A stretch of 64,000 bases of DNA from NCBI GenBank assembly GCA_963719315.1, contig CAVRBU010000001.1, forward strand, positions 160,001 through 224,000. The letters run 5' to 3'. Shown here piece by piece: positions 11,139 through 21,255 of the stretch (position 1 is its first letter; the number at the start of each line of letters is the position of its first letter). Origin of the DNA: an uncultured Planctomycetota bacterium (GTDB lineage Bacteria; Planctomycetota; Planctomycetia; Pirellulales; Lacipirellulaceae). A program made the translations under genes and the position numbers. The notes under the pieces are model-generated. The model was not told the DNA's origin. It did no database searches and worked only from the letters and a program-made list of their open reading frames with translations.

Positions 11139-13910
11139 CGCGCGATATTGGTTTGCTCCGGCCTCCGCCCCTCTGAATGAGGCTCGTAGGCAGCTCGCGC
11201 CATGTGGTTGTCAGTTTGCAATTTGTGAAATGCGGAAATCGTCACTTCGCGTTGTCCGAACTGCGTCCTCGAGATAGCTAAGAGTGCCGCGCTCAGGCTC
11301 TTGTCCGACGGGCGCCGCGCTAAGCACCAACGATAGTGGGGTTCGGCTTCCGCGTCGCGGCCCGAGGCGTGTAGAGCTTTGGCCAGCGCAGCGAATCGAG
11401 TATTGTCGCGGATCGCATTGGTACGCGTGCAGTAAACACGCGAGGGCCTCGCTTGTATGACCCACTTCAGCATACAACTGCGATTGCCAGTACCAAATGA
11501 AGGCCGGTGGAATGCCGCCTTTGCTGATCGTTGCGCTGCGCGTCTTTTCGGCCGAATAAGTAAGCAGCGTTGCGAGGTCCTCGGACGCGCCCGATTCGCG
11601 ATAACGGCTCCAAATGTTGCGTAGCAGGGGCCAATCGGGATGGAATGTGGACACGAACTGAGCTGCCGGAATACGCCCGGCAAGGACGGAAACTATTTTC
11701 GCTTGATGTGGACCTGGATCGTCGAAGCACAGTTGCCAGCGCTTGAGGGCAGCTTCCAAGTGGTTTTCTGCGAGCTCCTCCCGGCCGATTTCGAAGAACA
11801 CATCAGCATTGTGGGGGCGAACGCGAAGCGCCTGAACGGAATATGCGTGCACTGCCTGCGAATCGGCGCCATCCAAAATTGATAGTTGGGCGAGATGCAT
11901 GTAGGCCTCGCCCTGGAGCGGGCAGAGCTCGACGGCGGTCCGCGCTTCAACTGCGGCCCGCTCAAGCCATCGCAAATTGCGTCCCACAGCCCGCTCAAGC
12001 CACGCTCTCAGCGCAGTCCTGGATGGAAATCTCGAATTGCCGATCGTATCGCAAATGGAGGGCAAGGTCATCGCGTTTTTGGCGCGTTGCTGATCGAGAT
12101 CGAATTGTGCGATGCATCGGACGGCCAACTTCAAATGGGCGCGAGCAAATTGAGGGTCCCACCGCACGACCTGCTCCAATTCGCGGAGCATGGCCTCGTT
12201 GAGGGCTACTTGATCGGTGGTTTTGGAGTCTTTGCGGTTGGTGATCAGGGCTGCCGTTTGGGGCCGCACGATTTCGCTATGAGATACCGAGGCACGGAGA
12301 TAGCGTTCCCAATAAACGGCCGCGATGCCTGGGCCGATGTAAGTGTGGACGCTCCACCCGCCGATCAAGATCGTCGCGGCCGCTAATTCCCACCAGCGGC
12401 CCCGTGTCATGACGGGACGGTTCGCGGTGCGTTTTTCAGCAGGCCAGCAAAATTGCGAAAGTCGCAGCGCGCAGCCAGCAAGCACGACGACGATGCTCAT
12501 GCAGGCGGGTATGTACCAAACAAAATCGACTGCCGAATGGACGGCGCTAGCGGCCAAGCCGGCGGCCGTAGCGCCGAGTAAACGGGTTCCGACGGCGTCG
12601 GTCGTATACCGCCATGCGCAAACGCACCAGGCTGCGACAAGCCCCATCCCGGCAGCGAGCAGCACCACGCCGCCGATGCCGGTTTCGCTTGCAATTTGCA
12701 GATAGCCGTTTTCGGCGTGCGTGTAATCCTTCGTGAAATATTGCGGAAGGTAAATTTGGCAGATTTCGCAGTGGCTTCCGACGCCGGCGCCAGTCAGCCA
12801 GCCGGCCTCGAACGCGGCGATGTTTGCGGCCCAGATTTTTCGTCGTATACCGCCCTGGTCGATATTGTCGAACGATCCCTCAGTAAAATCGTCGAGCCGT
12901 TCGATGACCTGGTCCGCGCCGTGAATTGCAAGCATGCCACCGACAACGACCGCCAAAACGGCCAGCCCGTACATGAAGCGGCGATCGACCAAGCCGCGAC
13001 TTAGACAAATGGTGACGAACACAGCGCCGGCAACCAATAAGGCTACCGCGCCGCCGCGCGAGCGCGATAGCAGAATCGTGGTCATCACTAGCGCCGCGGC
13101 GGCGGCCAGGACTCCGGCCACAATCGGCGGTTTCATGTCGCTCTGCAAATGGTGGCGGGCCGCGGAAGTAGTCGAACTTCGATTAGCAAGGGGCAAATAG
13201 CTCAGAAGTGGTCCGAAGCCCAACACCAGGAAGTCTGCAAAGTGGTTGCGATTGATGAAGGGTCCCTCGAGGCATTGCGAGGCGGAGCGATGTGCGTGCT
13301 CGTAGAACCAAAAAAATCGGCCGTCGGACGTGTAGAATTGAAGGAAGCCAAACACTGCCATCAACGCGGCGGAAGCACCAATCCAAGTCAGTAGGCGCGC
13401 GGCGTCGGCGTAGTCCTCGATTCGCCCGATGACGACCATAAACAGCAAGCTGTAGCTCAGCAGCATGGCGAGGGCTTTGGTTGTCTCATGCGGCACGAAT
13501 GAAAGTGTTTGCCAAGTGCCCAAGTGGACGGCACTGTTGCCGCCGGGGGTCCACAGCGGCAAGAGTTGTTCGGTGCGGGGCGAAATTCGAGCGAGCCAGT
13601 CGACGGGCAGCGGAATAACCTGCAAGGCGACGAGCGCGGCGGCGAGCAGCAGGAGTCCGTGGGCCGCTGTGCGGGGCCAGCGAGATGCCGGCAAAAGCGC
13701 TTGCCGGGCGAACCAGGCCGTTGCCGTTACGGCGATAAGCGATACGAACACGAGCCGTCCCAAATCGTGTCGGCCACCGAAGAAATAGGGTGCCACGAAG
13801 ATCACACCGCACAGCCCGGAATCGACTACGCGCTGCAGCGATTTCGTGAGCGCGGCGCCATTGTCGGCGGACCGCGCATTGCTGCCCCAAAATGCGGTGG
13901 GTTGTTTCAT
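11135..13910 (-). CDS. O-antigen ligase/polymerase family membrane protein with C-terminal TPR region (frameshift ~11390)
   Basis: GPFINRNHFA, SRSRGG, GAGVGS and HAENGYLQ motifs; the TPR-like tail continues in ORF 11135..11683 (ALAKAL...EAEPHYRWCL). Confidence 0.8.
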
Positions 13911-13974
13911 TTCGTATTCGATTACTCTCGGGTCGGGCGATCGACAAGACACCGATTTCGGGGTCGCCCAATCC

Positions 13975-16263
13975 TTACGCGGCGGCTCCTAAGAGCGCGC
14001 CGTCTCCGCGGCCGGCGTTTGATTCGTCATCGCCGTTTTCCGCATCGTGACCGTAGCCGTATCCATATCCGTAACTATATCCGTAGCCGCAGGCCGATTG
14101 TGACGAAAGTCCGTTCGCCACAATGCCAAGCACGCTCGTGCCCGTGGCAGCGAAACTCTGACAGGCGCGGGCGACCAATCGGCGATGATTCTTCTGCGGC
14201 TGGACGACGAGGATAGCGCCGTCGACTAACCGCCCAACGATTTGCGCGTCGCTCACTGCGAGGACGGGCGGACAATCGATCAACACCTGATCGTAAGTCG
14301 CTTCGGCCCACGCTAATAGTTCGCCAAAGTTCGGGCTGCTGAGCAACTCGGCCGGATTGGGCCGCCGCAATCCGGCTGGCAATACATCGAGGCTGTGCAG
14401 CTCGGTGCGTTGCACCAGGTTGGTGGCCGCCTTATCGGTGCGTTCACGGCCCATTAGCACGTCAGCCACGCCGAGCTTGCCTTTGAGCCCCATCATCGTA
14501 GTCAAGCCGGGCTTCCGCAGGTCGGCGTCGATGATGAGCGTTTTCTTGCCGGCTTGCGCGAACGAAACCGCCAAGTTGATCGCTACGGTCGTTTTGCCGT
14601 CGCTGGGCTCGGCGCTGGAAATCGCGATGCGATCGGTGGGCCCGTTACCGAGCGTGAGCGCGGTGCGAAGTGTGCGGAAAGCCTCGGTCTCGACCGCATT
14701 CGGCGAGACAAACGTATGAACCGATGTCAGCCCGTTCCCAGCGAGCGACTCGAGCTTGCGCACGATCGACAGGACGGGCACTCCAAGCTGGGCTGAGATT
14801 TCTTCCGGCGAGTTGAACCGATCGTCCAATACGTCTTGCACGTAGGCGATAGCGCAGCCCACCATCAATCCGCCGAGCAGCGACACGATTGCGATCATCC
14901 GCAATTTGGGAGAATCGGCGTGTTCTTCCGGCAAGGCCTCTTCGACGACAGTAGCTTGGATGGGGGCTTGCAGTTGCAGGTTATCCACGGCCGCGATTTT
15001 GCTGATCAGTTCGTCGTACGCCGTCTCAAGCCGCGAGACTTCGTGCTCGACATCCTGCATCCGCTGCATGTCTTCGCTTTGCGAACGTGCCTTTTTGCGC
15101 TCGTCATTGAAAGCGACCTGCAGTTGGTGCTCTTGCTCGATCGCCTGAGTGACCGAATGCTGAAGCATCTTTTCCATGAGCGGTCCCAATTCTTTGCTGC
15201 CGAAGGCGGCTAGCCGATCGGCTGTGTGGCCGCGGTAGTTTGCCAGGTATGCTTCGATCGCGCGGATTTGCGTATTAAGCTCGGCTACTTTGGGATGTCC
15301 GGGACCGTAAAACGCGGAAGCCCGCTGCAACTCGGCCTGTGCATCGAGCAGCTTTTGCTCTTGGGCTTTCACCAGGGCCAGATCCTGCGGCGTGAGGCCG
15401 AGCGCGGAAATGAGCATTTGCCGGCCGACGGCTTCTTCCAGGCCGACAAGATATTGCTGTAGGTCTTCGCCGCTGGCGATGGCTGTCTTAATGGAAGCCA
15501 GTGACGCTTCAAGCTTCATCCGCCGCTGCTGGGCTTCCAGGAGTGCGTCGTTGAATTTAAGTGCGCGTTGGATCGTCGGCTCGGAAAGGCCGCCGTCCTC
15601 GGATTTGACGGCCAAACTGCCAACTCGGTCGCGTATAGTTTGCAGCTCAGTCTTTCGCGAGGCGAGCTTCGCGCCGATTTCGTCGCTGCTTTGCTTGAGC
15701 GTCGCGATGACCTCGCCAGCCGAACCCTTGTGCGTGTGATCCACGAATTGAAGATACGATTGCACGACGGCGCTTACGACGGCCGCTGCCGCCTCCGGCG
15801 AGCGAGACCGGTAGCTGACCTCGATAAAGTTGGCCTTGCGCGTCGTCCGAGCCACAAGCCGCGAGGCGATTACCTTGTTCCAATCGGCCAACGGCGAGTC
15901 CTGCAAATCGATGCGATGTTCGGGCAGCAGGTGCTCGATCGCATCTTGAATGACGACTGGGCTGGTGACGATCTCGCGGTGGGTCGAAAGCGTGCTTTCG
16001 AGCGAGGTTTGATCGGCTACACTCGCTACCTGATCTTGGTTTCGCTCGGCGATCCACAGCTTGGCCTTGGAATCGTAGTAGCGGGGCGCCAGCGCGTAGT
16101 AGATTGCCCCGATAATGACCGCCACGCACACAGCGTGCAAAATCGTCGAGCGGCGATACAGCGCGATTTGCCACAACCGGAATAAACTGTGCACGACCTC
16201 GGACGACATCGCGTCGTCCGGCGCATCGAGTAGCTGCAAGTCGGTGTCGGGTGATATGGTCAT
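13975..16263 (-). CDS. wzc: Polysaccharide co-polymerase / BY tyrosine kinase
   Basis: Two TM segments flanking a coiled coil, EAFRTLRT, Walker A SAEPSDGKTT, IDADLRKP, DCPPVLAVSD, Tyr cluster GYGYSYGYGYGYG. Confidence 0.92.
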   Translation of the reverse strand: MTISPDTDLQLLDAPDDAMSSEVVHSLFRLWQIALYRRSTILHAVCVAVIIGAIYYALAPRYYDSKAKLWIAERNQDQVASVADQTSLESTLSTHREIVTSPVVIQDAIEHLLPEHRIDLQDSPLADWNKVIASRLVARTTRKANFIEVSYRSRSPEAAAAVVSAVVQSYLQFVDHTHKGSAGEVIATLKQSSDEIGAKLASRKTELQTIRDRVGSLAVKSEDGGLSEPTIQRALKFNDALLEAQQRRMKLEASLASIKTAIASGEDLQQYLVGLEEAVGRQMLISALGLTPQDLALVKAQEQKLLDAQAELQRASAFYGPGHPKVAELNTQIRAIEAYLANYRGHTADRLAAFGSKELGPLMEKMLQHSVTQAIEQEHQLQVAFNDERKKARSQSEDMQRMQDVEHEVSRLETAYDELISKIAAVDNLQLQAPIQATVVEEALPEEHADSPKLRMIAIVSLLGGLMVGCAIAYVQDVLDDRFNSPEEISAQLGVPVLSIVRKLESLAGNGLTSVHTFVSPNAVETEAFRTLRTALTLGNGPTDRIAISSAEPSDGKTTVAINLAVSFAQAGKKTLIIDADLRKPGLTTMMGLKGKLGVADVLMGRERTDKAATNLVQRTELHSLDVLPAGLRRPNPAELLSSPNFGELLAWAEATYDQVLIDCPPVLAVSDAQIVGRLVDGAILVVQPQKNHRRLVARACQSFAATGTSVLGIVANGLSSQSACGYGYSYGYGYGYGHDAENGDDESNAGRGDGALLGAAA

Positions 16264-16281
16264 GCAATTGCGGCAACTGTC

Positions 16282-16348
16282 AGGTGGGCAATGCCCACAG
16301 CATCCCTGATTCAACCAACGACAAAGGTGGGCAATGCACTGCCCCCAC
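16282..16348. repeat. REP-like palindromic pair
   Basis: AGGTGGGCAATGC at 16282-16294 and 16325-16337; first copy is the palindrome GTGGGCAATGCCCAC; related to 52421-52441. Confidence 0.5.
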
Positions 16349-16349
16349 G

Positions 16350-17603
16350 TTAGAACGCGGCCACGCTCCCGTTCAAACCCAGGGCTACGCGAAAAAACTT
16401 ACTGATCGTATCGACTGTCATTGTGGTCATCGTATCTTCGACGCTTACCAAATCGCCCTCGGCGAGCCGCAAGTTTTCGTCGCCATCGCGCTTGGCCTTT
16501 GCTATGCTGATCTGAATGACGGCCGGCTCGGCCATATTGGGCAATTGGCGTATGACGTAAACCTTGTCGGCGACAGACGATGTCGTGCCGCCGGCCATTG
16601 CAATGGCGTCGAGAACGCGTATGTCTTTGTCGCGTACTAACTCGAATTGGTCCGGTTTTCGCACAAGCCCGGTCACATGCACCAGCCGTTTCTCTTGAGG
16701 CAGCACGTTGACGACATCGCGGTCTTCCAATTGGCGATTTTCCGAATTGCTCGGCCCGGCTTGCGCGAGGTCGATCCGCGACATCTCCGCATTGCCATTT
16801 GCAGGTAGCTCGGTCGGCTGGGTGAACGACGCCTGCTCAACGGCATTAGAATGGTCGGGGGCGATTATGCCTTTCGCCTTGGCGGCAAGGATGGAGTTTC
16901 CTCGATGCAGAATTTCGACTTGCGTGCCGGCATTGGGAGCTAAGCCTCCAGCCGCAGCCAGGGCGCTAGCCAGGTCGCAAGACCCGCGCGGCAGTTCGAC
17001 CACGCCAGGCTTGGCGACCGCGCCCAGCACGGTAACGTGATTCGTAGCCCGCTGCGTGACGGTGAGCGTGACAGCCGGTTGGCGGTAGATGCCGCGTTCG
17101 ACGGCAGCAGCCGCGATTTGCTGTTCGGCGGCCACCGGTTCCATGTCGCCAATCACGACCGGTCCGATCAGCGGAACCATGATCGTGCCATCTTGCGCAA
17201 CGCGCGCCGGCACAGGAGTGACTCGCTCATCGGCACTGCCGCTCACGATCGTAATCGATATCAGGTCGCCGGCGCCGATCTGCGAGGTGCCGACACCATC
17301 GCTGCCCATCCGTTCGAGGTTGAGCCCGGTTGACGTTGGCATGGTCGGCGCTTGCAACTCCACGGGCATACTACGAGACGTGTAATTGCCGGTGCGGCAG
17401 CCGAGCAATTCGCACACAGCGATCATCAAACACGCGCTCAGCCTCGCGCACGGCGGCGCGCACGACGGCGCGTGCCGTGGATTCGCGCGGCTTGTCGGTT
17501 GCTTACGAATTCGCGAGGGCAGGACATGGCGGCCCAAAAGACAAGAAAAAATGCGTTCGCGCAAGGCGACCACACAGGGCGTCGCCCGGCACTTTGCGAC
17601 CAA
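16350..17603 (-). CDS. wza: Polysaccharide export protein (Poly_export + SLBB domains); true start uncertain
   Basis: IGAGDLISITI, DGTIMVPLIGPV, VLGAVAKPG, LASALAAAGG, VLDAIAMAGG; possible lipobox LLGC. Confidence 0.85.
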   Translation of the reverse strand: MVAKCRATPCVVALRERIFSCLLGRHVLPSRIRKQPTSRANPRHAPSCAPPCARLSACLMIAVCELLGCRTGNYTSRSMPVELQAPTMPTSTGLNLERMGSDGVGTSQIGAGDLISITIVSGSADERVTPVPARVAQDGTIMVPLIGPVVIGDMEPVAAEQQIAAAAVERGIYRQPAVTLTVTQRATNHVTVLGAVAKPGVVELPRGSCDLASALAAAGGLAPNAGTQVEILHRGNSILAAKAKGIIAPDHSNAVEQASFTQPTELPANGNAEMSRIDLAQAGPSNSENRQLEDRDVVNVLPQEKRLVHVTGLVRKPDQFELVRDKDIRVLDAIAMAGGTTSSVADKVYVIRQLPNMAEPAVIQISIAKAKRDGDENLRLAEGDLVSVEDTMTTMTVDTISKFFRVALGLNGSVAAF

Positions 17604-17820
17604 TGTTAATACATAATCGGGCCGTACCTCTCAAGACAGCTTGGCAATCAATGCGGCGGGGTTATTCAGTCGCCCGATGCTATCGGCGACGCACAGTCTG
17701 ATTGCACTGTAGGGGATGAACGTCGGTGGTTGCGCCAACTGAACTTGTTAATGGTGCATGCATTCGATATTGTTCGCGGTCCCCAATCGAAGCGGCAGCA
17801 CGCCAGCATCGAGCAAACGC

Positions 17821-18867
17821 ATGTTTCACGACAAAACAATATTCGTCACAGGCGGAACCGGATCATTCGGTCACGACTTCATCAAGCTCGTGCTCACAAG
17901 TCACGAACCGCGGCGAGTCATCGTGTATAGCCGCGACGAAAAGAAACAACACGACATGCGGCTCGCCTACGACGATCCGCGGCTGGTGTTCGTGATCGGC
18001 GACATTCGTGACCGGCACCACGTGGCCAGCGCAATGCGCGGCGTCGATTTCGTATTCCATGCGGCTGCACTAAAGCAAGTGCCTTCATGCGAGTTTTTCC
18101 CGATGGAGGCCGTGCAAACGAACATCATCGGGACACACCACGTGCTGGAAGCGGCCGAGCAAAACGGCGTGCAAAAACTGGTCGTGCTCAGCACCGACAA
18201 AGCCGTGCGCCCGATTAACGCCATGGGCCAGTCGAAGGCCCTCATGGAAAAGTTGATGCTGGCTCGTTCGCAGGAGCCACAGACGACTGTTACGTTCTGC
18301 GGCGTGCGGTATGGAAACGTGATGTATTCGCGCGGCTCGGTAATACCGCTGTTCGTGGATCAAATCTCCAGCGGCAGACCGCTCACGATTACGCACGCCG
18401 ATATGACGCGGTTGCTGCTGCCGTTATCGGAAGCAGTGGAGCTAGTCACGTTTGCGATCGAGCACGGCAACCAGGGCGATTTATTCGTGCGCAAAGCTGC
18501 GGCAGCGACTGTGGGCGACCTGGCGCGGGCAACGCTCAATGTGTTCGAGGCTTCAAATCCGATCGAAGTCGTCGGCATCCGGGCCGGCGAAAAGATGCAC
18601 GAAGTGCTCGTCTCAGCGGAAGAGTTCGCGCGGGCAGAAGAGTTCGACGATTACTATCGTATCGATTGCTTCCGCGGCCGCAATTACGACGAGTTCTTTA
18701 CGCGTGGCATCCAATCGGCGGCGTTTGTCAGAGACGGGTACACCTCGGAAAACGCACATCGTTTGACGGTCCCCGAGATCGAACAACTGCTGCTCAGGCT
18801 GCCGGAGATTCGGGCCGCGCTCGCCACCCTCGGGCCATTAATGCAAGTCCAGGGGCGCGCGGCATGA
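17821..18867 (+). CDS. fnlA: UDP-GlcNAc 4,6-dehydratase/5-epimerase (FnlA/WbjB/CapE)
   Basis: TGGTGSFG, SRDEKKQ, HAAALKQVPSCEFFPMEAV, RYGNVMYSRGSVIP. Confidence 0.9.
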   Translation: MFHDKTIFVTGGTGSFGHDFIKLVLTSHEPRRVIVYSRDEKKQHDMRLAYDDPRLVFVIGDIRDRHHVASAMRGVDFVFHAAALKQVPSCEFFPMEAVQTNIIGTHHVLEAAEQNGVQKLVVLSTDKAVRPINAMGQSKALMEKLMLARSQEPQTTVTFCGVRYGNVMYSRGSVIPLFVDQISSGRPLTITHADMTRLLLPLSEAVELVTFAIEHGNQGDLFVRKAAAATVGDLARATLNVFEASNPIEVVGIRAGEKMHEVLVSAEEFARAEEFDDYYRIDCFRGRNYDEFFTRGIQSAAFVRDGYTSENAHRLTVPEIEQLLLRLPEIRAALATLGPLMQVQGRAA

Positions 18868-19997
18868 GCAACTCAGCAAGACTTTTTACTGTCGGCATCA
18901 CCGGACCGCGCGGCTTCATCGCGGGGCATCTGTCGCGTCAGCTCGCCCTCGATTCCACGCTGCGCACGATCACTTGCCCGCGAGAAAGCGTTTTTCGGCC
19001 CGAATCGCTCCGTGAATTCGTGGGCAACTGCAACACGGTTGTCCACTTGGCTGGTCTGAATCGCGGCAGCGAGCAGGATATCTATGACATCAACGTGGGG
19101 TTGGTCGAACGGCTGATTGAGTCGCTGTCGTCGTCCAACACGGCGCCGCACGTGATTTTCGCATCCTCCACACAGCGCGATATGGCGACTGCGTATGGCC
19201 GCTCGAAAAAAGTTAGCGAAAGCCGGCTGCGCGAATGGGCTAAACAGTCTGGTGCACCGCTTACCGTCCTGGTGATTCCGAACGTATTCGGACCTGGCTG
19301 CCGGCCGTATTACAACTCCGTCGTGGCCACGTTTTGTGAGCAACTCGCACACGACCAACAGCCGGTCGTCATCGACGACCAATCGCTGGCCCTAGTGTGG
19401 ATTAACGACTTGGTCGATGCGATCGGCCAGCTCATCCGCGATCGCCGCCCTGGCATTCACGAAGCGTGCGTTGCCGGACCGGCACAGATCACAGTTTCCG
19501 ACCTCCTCGCCAAGCTGCAAGCGATGCGCAATGGCTTTTTTGATGAAAACACCGTGCCGAACCTGGCCGATCCGTTCGATGCCAACCTGTACACGACATT
19601 CATGTCGCACGTAGATCTCGACGATCACTGCCATCGTCCGAGGTTGCACAGCGACGCCCGCGGCCAGCTATTCGAGATCATGCGACTCGCTGGCGGCGGC
19701 CAAATCTTTTTTTCGACGACCAAACCGGGCGTGATCCGTGGCGACCACTTTCACAGCCGCAAAGTGGAATGGTTTTGCGTTGTTCGCGGTGAGGCCGCCA
19801 TTCGCATCCGCCGCGTCGGCGACACGCGCGTCCGCGAGTTTCGCGTCTCTGGTGAGAAGCCAGAATTCATTTCCATTCCGGCGTTGCATACACACCAAAT
19901 TGAAAATGTCGGCAGCGAGGAGCTGTTGACGATGTTCTGGTGCAACGAAACTTTTCAGCAGGGCGACCCGGATACGTTTTATGAGAAAGTTGCGTAA
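18864..19997 (+). CDS. fnlB: FnlB/WbjC/CapF reductase-epimerase with C-terminal cupin
   Basis: HLAGLNR, PNVFGPGCRPYYNSVVATFC, DARG, RGDHFH..KVEWF, DPDTFY; ATGA overlap with fnlA. Confidence 0.9.
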   Translation: MSNSARLFTVGITGPRGFIAGHLSRQLALDSTLRTITCPRESVFRPESLREFVGNCNTVVHLAGLNRGSEQDIYDINVGLVERLIESLSSSNTAPHVIFASSTQRDMATAYGRSKKVSESRLREWAKQSGAPLTVLVIPNVFGPGCRPYYNSVVATFCEQLAHDQQPVVIDDQSLALVWINDLVDAIGQLIRDRRPGIHEACVAGPAQITVSDLLAKLQAMRNGFFDENTVPNLADPFDANLYTTFMSHVDLDDHCHRPRLHSDARGQLFEIMRLAGGGQIFFSTTKPGVIRGDHFHSRKVEWFCVVRGEAAIRIRRVGDTRVREFRVSGEKPEFISIPALHTHQIENVGSEELLTMFWCNETFQQGDPDTFYEKVA

Positions 19998-20018
19998 CTG
20001 TCATTCGCTCTGAAAAGG

Positions 20019-20103
20019 GTGAGTAAGTGAGTAGGTGAGTAAGTGCGTTGAAGGGAAGTCTCCGCGATTACCTACTCACTTATTCACTCGCTTACCTACT
20101 CAC
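20019..20103. repeat. Inverted pair of 8-mer tandem arrays
   Basis: GTGAGTAA GTGAGTAG GTGAGTAA ... CTACTCAC TTATTCAC TCGCTTAC CTACTCAC. Confidence 0.8.
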
Positions 20104-20111
20104 ATTGCCCT

Positions 20112-21242
20112 ATGTGCCGGCTCAAAGTCATGACCGTACTTGGCACGCGACCGGAGATTATTCGGCTCTCGCGCGTGATGGCGTTGCTCGACGAGCATGC
20201 GCAGCACTTGCTCGTGCATACAGGGCAAAACTCCGACTATGAGCTAAACGATGTTTTCTTTCGCGATCTTGAAGTGCGGCAGCCGGATTATTTCTTGAAG
20301 ATCAACCGGTCGTCGCTCGGGCACATTCTGGGCGATGTACTGATCAAGTCGGAAGAAGTATTGGCGGCCGAACGGCCGGATGCCGTGCTGATTCTTGGCG
20401 ACACCAACAGCGCATTCGCCGGCATCATCGCACGGCGGATGAAGATACCGCTGTTTCACATGGAGGCCGGCAACCGTTCGTTCGACTTCAACGTACCGGA
20501 GGAAATCAACCGGCGGATCATCGACCATGTGAGCGACTTCAATTTGGTCTATACCGAGCACGCGCGGCGGAACCTGCTCGCGGAAGGTATCCACCCACGG
20601 CGGATTTATTTGACCGGTTCGCCGATGCGCGAGGTGCTGGACGCCAATCGCGCCGGTATTGCCGGTTCGGAAATTTTGCAACGGCTGGCACTCGAGCGTC
20701 GCGAGTTTTTCGTCGTCAGCATGCATCGGACTGAAAATGTGGACGTCCGATCGCGATTGACCCAACTCGTGGAGACGCTAAACCGACTGGCGGTTGAATA
20801 TGTCTGGCCAGTGATCGTCAGTACCCATCCGCGGACGCGCGAACGGCTCGCTGCACTCGGTATGGAGTGCCATCCAAACATTCGATTTCTACCGCCGTTT
20901 GGGTACCACGATTACTTGCGGTTGCAGACGGATGCATACTGCACGCTCTCCGATAGCGGCACGATCAGCGAAGAAAGCTCCATTCTCGGTTTTCCCGCGA
21001 TCACGATGCGAAACGCCATCGAGCGGCCGGAGGCGCTCGATTCCGGGCATATCCTGCTCACAGGGATCGATAGCGAGACAATTCTGCGGGCCGTCGCGCT
21101 CGTGGCGGCCGGCCGCGAGTTCGATTGTCACCAACCGATCGCGCCGGAATATGAGATCCGCAATACGTCGCATCGGGTCGTGAAGTTGATTTTGGGCACT
21201 GCCAAACTTGGGCATGTGTGGGACGGAATCGTGGCGGCATAG
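20112..21242 (+). CDS. fnlC: Non-hydrolysing 2-epimerase (FnlC/WbjD/CapG)
   Basis: GTRPEIIRLS, HTGQN.DYEL, HMEAGNRSFD..VPEEINR, SDSGTISEE. Confidence 0.9.
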   Translation: MCRLKVMTVLGTRPEIIRLSRVMALLDEHAQHLLVHTGQNSDYELNDVFFRDLEVRQPDYFLKINRSSLGHILGDVLIKSEEVLAAERPDAVLILGDTNSAFAGIIARRMKIPLFHMEAGNRSFDFNVPEEINRRIIDHVSDFNLVYTEHARRNLLAEGIHPRRIYLTGSPMREVLDANRAGIAGSEILQRLALERREFFVVSMHRTENVDVRSRLTQLVETLNRLAVEYVWPVIVSTHPRTRERLAALGMECHPNIRFLPPFGYHDYLRLQTDAYCTLSDSGTISEESSILGFPAITMRNAIERPEALDSGHILLTGIDSETILRAVALVAAGREFDCHQPIAPEYEIRNTSHRVVKLILGTAKLGHVWDGIVAA

Positions 21243-21255
21243 TTTCGGAACAGCC

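Noticed and set aside
20019..20103. CRISPR array
   Set aside because: Units are 8 bp, tandem and inverted, with no spacers and no cas genes
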